A stretch of DNA of 26,016 nt from positions 1 to 26,016 of IMG/VR virus record IMGVR_UViG_3300023210_000186. One strand, 5' to 3'. Origin of the DNA: a virus. Lineage: Duplodnaviria > Caudoviricetes. The position numbers and the translations under genes are program-made. The notes under the pieces are model-generated. The model had not been told where the DNA came from. It did not search any database and saw nothing but the letters and a program-made list of their open reading frames with translations. Every line of letters starts with the position of its first letter. Within the stretch, counting starts at the first letter, position 1. Below, piece by piece: positions 18,186-23,818 of this stretch.

Positions 18186-18365
18186 ATGAAAGGAAAAATA
18201 GATAAATTTTTAGGGTATTTTATTAGTAAGAAGCTGAGCGTTTTTATAGTTGCTAGTTTCTTTGTAGGGTTCGGAATGATAGCTTCTACTGAGTGGGTAG
18301 ATGTCGCAGTTCTTTACATAGGAGGCCAGGCGGTTGTAGATGCTGTAGCTAAATTAAGAAAGTGA
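18186..18365 (+). CDS. Putative holin, 59 aa (MKGKIDKFLGYFISKKLSVFIVASFF...), not in ORF track
   Basis: Two hydrophobic segments and a basic C-terminus; stop overlaps the spanin start (GTGA). Confidence 0.65.
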   Translation: MKGKIDKFLGYFISKKLSVFIVASFFVGFGMIASTEWVDVAVLYIGGQAVVDAVAKLRK

Positions 18366-18787
18366 AAGGCTTAATACTTATACTTATATTTCTAACATCC
18401 TGCTCTCCACAAAACAGACTTAATAGAAAAGTAAAGAGAGCAGAGAATTACGCTTATAAACATGGGTTAGTTATTAAAGATACTATTAAGGTAGTTGATA
18501 CTGTAGTAATAAACAACTATAGAATAGACACGCTAAACACATTTACAAGACACGACAGCACCGTAGTTTTTAATACGGACAAAGTATATCTAAAGTATTT
18601 TTACGACACTCTAAGGCAAGAGATTTATCACGAGGTCGAATGTAGAGGAGATACAATAATTAGAGAGGTATTAGTCCCAGTTGATAAGGTCAAAGTAATA
18701 GAAAAGGATAATAGGTATATGATTATTTTGATTGTCTTATTAGCTGCTTTGTTTTTTGTAATTCTCAGGAAAAATTATGTAAGATAG
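18362..18787 (+). CDS. Unimolecular spanin (u-spanin) candidate
   Basis: Lipoprotein signal with LTSC lipobox, beta-rich middle, C-terminal TM YMIILIVLLAALFFVIL plus basic tail; lysis cassette position. Confidence 0.7.
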   Translation: MKGLILILIFLTSCSPQNRLNRKVKRAENYAYKHGLVIKDTIKVVDTVVINNYRIDTLNTFTRHDSTVVFNTDKVYLKYFYDTLRQEIYHEVECRGDTIIREVLVPVDKVKVIEKDNRYMIILIVLLAALFFVILRKNYVR

Positions 18788-18793
18788 ATTTAG

Positions 18794-18801
18794 TATATTT
18801 A
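18794..18801 (+). promoter_or_regulatory. Bacteroidota-type -7 promoter element (TATATTTA)
   Basis: One mismatch from TAnnTTTG; intergenic, 20 nt before ATG 18822. Confidence 0.45.
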
Positions 18802-18821
18802 CGCAAATTAAAAACTAGATT

Positions 18822-19871
18822 ATGCAGCATAGAAACACTAAAAGACTAAGGCTAAAAGATGACGAGTTCGACCTTATCCAAAAGTACAGAAGGATAAAAG
18901 AGGAAAGTATAGCAGCAGGGATTAATCCAGACGATGTTAAACATGGATGGCTTAAAACAGATAAGAGTAGTCTGTTCTTTAAGAACCCAAACTTTAAGAC
19001 AGAAGAAAAGAATAAATTTGCTGAGGACTTAATAAAAGAGCTAGAACAATACTCTCCAAATTATCCAACTATAAAAAGAACTAAATCTAATGATGGGCAT
19101 TTACTAGTAATTGATATAGCCGACTTGCATATAAACAAGTATGCAGAAGCTCACTTAACAGGAGCAGACTATAATAGTAAGATAGCAGTAGATAGAGCAA
19201 TAGAAGGAACTAAAGGACTTATTCAAAAAGCTAGTGGCTTTAATATTGAAAAGGTTGTATTTGTAATAGGTAACGATGTATTAAATACAGATAATCTTTC
19301 TAGGTCAACTACTAAATTTACTCCACAGGATACGGATGTTAATTGGTTTAAAGCCTTTAATATTGCAAAGGATTGTTATATTAAATGTATAGAGTTATGT
19401 ATGCAGGTTGCAAATGTAGACATAATCCATTGCCCTAGTAACCATGACGAAATGAGTGGTTGTCTTTTAGCTTCTGTATTATCTGCATGGTTTAGAAAGA
19501 GTAAAAATATTACATTCGACATAAGCCCAAAGTATAGAAAGTACTACCAGTTCTATAATTCAATGCTAGAGTTTGAACATGGACACAAAGGCAAAATGTT
19601 AAACCTACCTTTACAAATGGCTAACGAACAGCCACAGATGTGGGCAAGCACTAAGTTTAGATATGCTTATCTGCACCATGTACACCACCAAGACAAGACA
19701 CAATTCAAATCTGGTAAAGATTTTACAGGATGCAATGTAACTTATTTACGTTCTCCTAGCTCAGCAGATTTATGGCACGCAGAAAGTGGGTATAGTAATA
19801 TGGTTGCTTGCGAGGGCTTTCTACATTCTAAAGACATGGGTAGAGTTTCACACATAACACATTATTTTTAA
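18822..19871 (+). CDS. Calcineurin-like metallophosphoesterase
   Basis: Ordered motifs ADLH, GND, SNHD, HGH and HHVHH. Confidence 0.8.
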   Translation: MQHRNTKRLRLKDDEFDLIQKYRRIKEESIAAGINPDDVKHGWLKTDKSSLFFKNPNFKTEEKNKFAEDLIKELEQYSPNYPTIKRTKSNDGHLLVIDIADLHINKYAEAHLTGADYNSKIAVDRAIEGTKGLIQKASGFNIEKVVFVIGNDVLNTDNLSRSTTKFTPQDTDVNWFKAFNIAKDCYIKCIELCMQVANVDIIHCPSNHDEMSGCLLASVLSAWFRKSKNITFDISPKYRKYYQFYNSMLEFEHGHKGKMLNLPLQMANEQPQMWASTKFRYAYLHHVHHQDKTQFKSGKDFTGCNVTYLRSPSSADLWHAESGYSNMVACEGFLHSKDMGRVSHITHYF

Positions 19872-20053
19872 TGATACGAATAGAACTATCGGATAATGAA
19901 ATAGAGTATAGTACTTACTTTCCTATTGACGACCCCCACGACATAATGTATAGCTTTGAAGAAATGGTAAGAATGTACACCAAAGCAGACCTAGAAGTTG
20001 ACAGCTATATTCTACAGAGAGCAAAAGAAATTAAATTAAAAAATAGTAATTAA
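19871..20053 (+). CDS. Hypothetical protein, 60 aa
   Basis: TAATG-coupled to the upstream gene. Confidence 0.6.
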   Translation: MIRIELSDNEIEYSTYFPIDDPHDIMYSFEEMVRMYTKADLEVDSYILQRAKEIKLKNSN

Positions 20054-20064
20054 AATAAAAGGGT

Positions 20065-20072
20065 TATATTTA
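20065..20072 (+). promoter_or_regulatory. Bacteroidota-type -7 element (TATATTTA) upstream of the sRNA candidate
   Basis: Same element as 18794, with no + strand ORF between it and the terminator. Confidence 0.45.
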
Positions 20073-20075
20073 CAG

Positions 20076-20138
20076 CTTCATAGTTAGTTTTAGTTTGGTT
20101 CGGGAGGGATAGCATTAATTTGTTATCCTTCTTTTTTT
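20076..20138 (+). ncRNA. Candidate ~60-nt sRNA antisense to start-codon regions
   Basis: Promoter-like element, unstructured 5' arm CTTCATAGTTAGTTTTAGTTTGGTT, then terminator hairpin; the arm is complementary to AACTATGAA starts of early genes. Confidence 0.5.
20102..20138 (+). terminator. Intrinsic terminator at the late/early boundary
   Basis: GAGGGATAGCA-TTAATT-TGTTATCCTTC followed by T7. Confidence 0.85.
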
Positions 20139-20228
20139 GCTTAATTTTAAAAATAAGTACTTAAAAATTTTTTTATTCGAAAACTTATATTTAATATTGT
20201 TGAAAACTTATTAACTAAATTAAACACT

Positions 20229-20414
20229 ATGGAAAAGAAAAGATTAAATGACATTAACACTTTTATGTCAACAGACACTAACGAAACTATACTACAAGGT
20301 ACTGACGAATATGGCGAGGAGTTCAGTATTACATTTGATACTATCGAACTACTAGACTGGCTAGATATTGAACACATGAAAAACAAAGCTAAAACTTATA
20401 TTAACAATCTTTAA
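20229..20414 (+). CDS. Hypothetical early protein, 61 aa
   Basis: A-rich leader; first gene after the AT-rich intergenic region. Confidence 0.7.
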   Translation: MEKKRLNDINTFMSTDTNETILQGTDEYGEEFSITFDTIELLDWLDIEHMKNKAKTYINNL

Positions 20415-20424
20415 AACTAGAACT

Positions 20425-20511
20425 ATGAAAAACAAAGCAGCATTAATATCCTTTTGGGATAACTTCAATACAGAGCTATATTATAAATATCTTAAAGCTA
20501 GACAGAAATGA
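20425..20511 (+). CDS. Small protein, 28 aa (MKNKAALISFWDNFNTELYYKYLKARQK), not in ORF track
   Basis: A-rich leader; ATGA overlap with the next gene; fills the gap. Confidence 0.6.
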   Translation: MKNKAALISFWDNFNTELYYKYLKARQK

Positions 20512-20693
20512 AACAGAAACTAACTCACTCGCTTTACGAAGCTAAGAAAGTACAGAAAGACTTATACGAAGTATGTACTACCAACTACTGGAATAACGGA
20601 ACTTATACAGTAAAAGATATTTCACACCACAGTACAGAGCGAGAAGCTCAGGAACAAAAAGAAATTAATAAACATAAAAACCAAATCAAATGA
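20508..20693 (+). CDS. Hypothetical protein, 61 aa
   Basis: ATGA-coupled at both ends. Confidence 0.65.
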   Translation: MKQKLTHSLYEAKKVQKDLYEVCTTNYWNNGTYTVKDISHHSTEREAQEQKEINKHKNQIK

Positions 20694-21202
20694 AAAACTT
20701 ACTAAAATCATTATCGGAATTTCAGAATGAAGTACCAACTATCCACGAGGAAACAAAAGGTTTCAATTACACTTATTCAAACCTCAACTCTATTTTTAAA
20801 GTAATTAAACCACTATTAAAAAAACATGGCTTAGGCTTCTACCAAAACTTAGATGCACGTAGTTTAGTTACTACTGTCTTTCACGTAGAAAGCGGAGAGC
20901 AAATACAGAGCAGCTCTGCAATACCTGAAGTAACTCTTAAAGGAATGAATGACTTCCAAACTTTGGGAAGTGGTATAACCTATTTAAGACGTTACAGCCT
21001 TAGCACAATTTTAGGGCTTATCACAGATAAGGATGTAGATGCCTGTGGAACTCAAGAAACTAAGCCAGTAGGTAAAAAACCCTTCACAGCTAAAGATGCA
21101 GTAGCAGAGAAGCTAAAGGGTACTGAGGGCAAAGACTTAAAAGATAAGTACATCTGTACAAACATTCAGATAGCTAAGTATAACGAATTAAAAACTAAGT
21201 AA
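20690..21202 (+). CDS. erf: ERF-family ssDNA annealing protein
   Basis: GSGITYLRRYSLSTILGL...DVDA matches the ERF signature. Confidence 0.85.
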   Translation: MKNLLKSLSEFQNEVPTIHEETKGFNYTYSNLNSIFKVIKPLLKKHGLGFYQNLDARSLVTTVFHVESGEQIQSSSAIPEVTLKGMNDFQTLGSGITYLRRYSLSTILGLITDKDVDACGTQETKPVGKKPFTAKDAVAEKLKGTEGKDLKDKYICTNIQIAKYNELKTK

Positions 21203-21378
21203 TGGAAACTATATTAAGAAGTGAACTGGAAACAGCAGACAAAAGAATAATAGTATTAGAAAGTACTATAGATACTTATAAGCGAATACTAGATGCTCAA
21301 GATGAACGAATAGAACTAATGGAGAAAAGCCATAAGTTTGAATTAGAAAACTATTACACTAAAAACACAGAACTATGA
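21202..21378 (+). CDS. Coiled-coil hypothetical protein, 58 aa, not in ORF track
   Basis: METILRSELE...TKNTEL; TAATG and ATGA overlaps. Confidence 0.7.
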   Translation: METILRSELETADKRIIVLESTIDTYKRILDAQDERIELMEKSHKFELENYYTKNTEL

Positions 21379-22013
21379 AAATAAGATGCAGCGCACTAGG
21401 TAAAATAATGACAAACCCTAGAGCTAAAAGTGAAACATTGTCAGCAGGTTGCAAGACCTATATAAAAGAATTAGTAAAAGAGGATTTGTTTGGTTACAAG
21501 TCTACAATAGATTCTAAATACCTAACCAAAGGAATAGACTTAGAAGATACCTCTATCGACCTTTACAATGAAGTGCATGGTACTTTGTATCTAAAGAACA
21601 CAGAAAGGCTCTCTAACGAGTTTATAACAGGCGAGTGTGATATTAATGCAGAGGATAAGATAATAGATATTAAGACATCTTGGAGTTTAGAAACTTTTCC
21701 TGCTGCTGTAGATGACATTAATAACAAAGATTACGAATGGCAACTACGTTCTTATATGTGGCTCTACGATAAGCCTAAAGCAGAACTCGCTTACTGTATG
21801 GTTTCAACTCCAGACTACTTATTAAAAGACTGGGATAATTATAAGATACACAAAGTTGATAAGTTCGACCCATTTCTAAGAGTTACTACTATTTCATTTG
21901 AACGTGATACAGAAAAGGAGCAACTAATAAAAGAGCGAGTAATAGAATGCGGAAAGTTTTACATTGAGTACAGAGATTCGATTCTAAACAAGCAATTAAT
22001 ACTAAGCGAATGA
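21375..22013 (+). CDS. PD-(D/E)xK exonuclease (YqaJ/lambda-exo-like)
   Basis: GECD...IIDIKTSW...YEWQLRSYMWL; lies near the ERF recombinase. Confidence 0.85.
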   Translation: MKIRCSALGKIMTNPRAKSETLSAGCKTYIKELVKEDLFGYKSTIDSKYLTKGIDLEDTSIDLYNEVHGTLYLKNTERLSNEFITGECDINAEDKIIDIKTSWSLETFPAAVDDINNKDYEWQLRSYMWLYDKPKAELAYCMVSTPDYLLKDWDNYKIHKVDKFDPFLRVTTISFERDTEKEQLIKERVIECGKFYIEYRDSILNKQLILSE

Positions 22014-22231
22014 GAAAGGAGGATAGATATAAACCTTACATTTACAAGACTAGAAATAAACAAGGAAAGCTAGAGGAGTATAGTAGGTACTACAAGACTA
22101 AAAGAGAAGCTGTGTACTGGTATAAGACTCAGGGCAAATGGCTAGAAAAACACCTCAACAGAAAACTAATATTAATCGACACAGATATAAACTTATTCAC
22201 TTATGTACCACGCGCACTACTTAACAGATAA
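22010..22231 (+). CDS. Basic hypothetical protein, 73 aa
   Basis: ATGA-coupled; Lys/Arg/Tyr-rich. Confidence 0.6.
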   Translation: MRKEDRYKPYIYKTRNKQGKLEEYSRYYKTKREAVYWYKTQGKWLEKHLNRKLILIDTDINLFTYVPRALLNR

Positions 22232-22601
22232 AGGAGTAAAGAGCTACCTTAAAACAATAGATGAGGAAGTCTATAGAAAATATAAACAAATGTATTTAAA
22301 CAGAGATAAACACATCGAGAATATATGCAGGATAGTATTTGCTTATTTTGATGTGCCACTAGAAAAGATAAAAGAAAAGAACAGACAAGCTCAAATAATA
22401 AGAGCTAAACAATTTACTACTTATTTTCTAAGGCGAGAAGTAAACAAAACATCGTTAAACGAAATAGGTAAAATATTTGACTTGGATCACGCTACTATAT
22501 TACATTCAATAAATAAGATAAAAGGAGTTATAGAAGTAGACAAAGAATATAGAAACTATCACAATGAGTTAAGCTCTAAGATGATGGAATTATATAAATA
22601 A
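22203..22601 (+). CDS. DnaA C-terminal (domain IV)-like HTH protein
   Basis: SLNEIGKIFDLDHATILHSINKI matches the DnaA signature SLxxIGxxFxRDHxTV; no AAA+ domain. Confidence 0.8.
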   Translation: MYHAHYLTDKGVKSYLKTIDEEVYRKYKQMYLNRDKHIENICRIVFAYFDVPLEKIKEKNRQAQIIRAKQFTTYFLRREVNKTSLNEIGKIFDLDHATILHSINKIKGVIEVDKEYRNYHNELSSKMMELYK

Positions 22602-22607
22602 AAATAG

Positions 22608-22615
22608 TATATTTG
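22608..22615 (+). promoter_or_regulatory. Bacteroidota -7 promoter element TATATTTG
   Basis: Exact TAnnTTTG match, intergenic before the SSB gene. Confidence 0.6.
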
Positions 22616-22636
22616 TAACCAATTAAAAATTAAATT

Positions 22637-22978
22637 ATGGAATTAGAAGTAAAAGGAACTCTAACCAAAATAGGAGAAACAGTTACAGGAACTGGAAAGG
22701 ATGGCACGCCTTGGCAGAAGCTAACTTACACAGTAGAAACAGACCAAACGTATAACAACCTATACGCTTTTGAAGTATTCAGTCAAGAGAAAGTAGAGCA
22801 GTTTAAAAAATACAATACTGAGAATACTAAAGTTTGTGTAAAATTTAACGTCAGTACAAATGAATGGAAAGGTAAATATTTCACAACGTTGCAGTCTTGG
22901 AGATGCACAAAAGACGATGCTCAGGATCCAAAGAAAGAGACTGTACAGGCTACGACAGAGGATGACTTACCCTTTTAA
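22637..22978 (+). CDS. DUF3127-like OB-fold ssDNA-binding protein
   Basis: MELEVKG...FNVSTNEWKGKYFTTLQSWR and acidic C-terminal DDLPF tail. Confidence 0.8.
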   Translation: MELEVKGTLTKIGETVTGTGKDGTPWQKLTYTVETDQTYNNLYAFEVFSQEKVEQFKKYNTENTKVCVKFNVSTNEWKGKYFTTLQSWRCTKDDAQDPKKETVQATTEDDLPF

Positions 22979-23026
22979 GAAGGTAATACAATTATTTTTA
23001 AGCAGAGGATACAAAATAAAATAGCT

Positions 23027-23034
23027 TATATTTG
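23027..23034 (+). promoter_or_regulatory. Bacteroidota -7 promoter element TATATTTG
   Basis: Exact consensus; overlaps late-motif copy 4. Confidence 0.6.
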
Positions 23035-23069
23035 TACAACTAAGGAAATTTATTACAATAGATAATATG
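23033..23069 (+). promoter_or_regulatory. Putative phage late promoter, copy 4 (TGTACAACTAA-N11-ACAATAGATAATATG)
   Basis: Same motif and spacing; ATG is followed immediately by TAG. Confidence 0.75.
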
Positions 23070-23170
23070 TAGGCTGAACCGCAAAAGCAGCTACACATAA
23101 ATATTAATAAGATTAAACCCTTTAATGGTTAGTAGAGTTGCGGTCTCGAAAGCTATTAAAGGGTTTTTTT
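23067..23170 (+). ncRNA. Structured RNA / attenuator: two hairpins, kissing loops, loop-E motif, terminator
   Basis: P1 23068-76/23088-95; P2 16 bp 23115-30/23151-66; AGTA/GAA internal loop; GAG/CTC stem; loops ACCGCAA and TTGCGGT are perfectly complementary; T7 tail. Confidence 0.7.
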
Positions 23171-23182
23171 ATACACAATATT

Positions 23183-23818
23183 ATGGCAAAAGACTTACCT
23201 TATTTTAAGTTCTTCTGTTCCGAGTGGAACGATGGAGATATAACCCTAGAAGATTACGAGATACAAGGATTATTTATTAATATCTGCTCCTATTACTGGA
23301 GTAGTGGTTGCGAAATTTCACTACAAAAACTAAAAAAAAGATTCAGAAATCAGGATAAAAACATAAATTATCTGTTAAAAACTGAAATAATTAAGAGAAA
23401 AAATAAAAATATTTCTATAAATTTTTTAGATGAACAATGGATTGAAAGACAAACCAAAAGCAGTAAGAACTCAGCAGCAGCAAAGGCTAGATGGGATAAG
23501 CAAACGCAATGCGAACGCAATGCGAACGCATCAGAAATGCAATGCGAAAGTGATGCCATTAAGATAAGAGAAGAAAAGAAAAGAAAAGATAAGATAAGAG
23601 AAGAACTTTTTAACTCTCAAGTTTGGAAGGAAGGAATAGCTAAATTAAATAAATGTAAATTAATTGAGGTAGAAAAGTTTTTAGTTATATTTTTGGAAGG
23701 TCAAGAATTAGATGACAATTTAGACAGAGATTTACAGGAGGTTAAAAAACACTTTCGAGCGTGGTTTAAAAAACAAGACTTTAAATCTGACAAACCAAAA
23801 AGAACTATAGCACTATGA
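23183..23818 (+). CDS. Replication initiator-like protein (YdaU/DUF1376-like N-terminus); start moved to ATG 23183
   Basis: MAKDLPYFKFFCSEWNDGDITL...QGLFINICSYYW, SSKNSAAAKARW, internal DNA repeats; directly upstream of the primase-helicase. Confidence 0.7.
   Translation: MAKDLPYFKFFCSEWNDGDITLEDYEIQGLFINICSYYWSSGCEISLQKLKKRFRNQDKNINYLLKTEIIKRKNKNISINFLDEQWIERQTKSSKNSAAAKARWDKQTQCERNANASEMQCESDAIKIREEKKRKDKIREELFNSQVWKEGIAKLNKCKLIEVEKFLVIFLEGQELDDNLDRDLQEVKKHFRAWFKKQDFKSDKPKRTIAL
23503..23605. repeat. Five in-register 11-bp repeats plus purine tract; putative replication origin
   Basis: AACGCAATGCG x2, AACGCATCAGA, AATGCAATGCG, AAAGTGATGCC, then AAGATAAGAGAAGAAAAGAAAAGAAAAGATAAGATAAGAGAAGAA. 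Confidence 0.65.

Noticed and set aside
20070-20081. Minus-strand mini-ORF ATG AAG CTG TAA with a good initiation context
   Set aside because: Only three codons and no minus-strand promoter evident; better explained as the complement of the sRNA arm, though not excluded.
6885-22260. Other ACAATAG occurrences (6885, 13804, 17153, 21504, 22254) as extra promoter copies
   Set aside because: They lack the upstream TACAASTAA box at the fixed spacing and the AATATG end.
23138-23182. TTG start of the initiator ORF
   Set aside because: Lies in the hairpin loop and terminator; ATG 23183 has a proper A-rich leader.
23078-23524. Similarity of RNA loop ACCGCAA to iteron AACGCAA
   Set aside because: A 6/7 match is too short to distinguish from chance.
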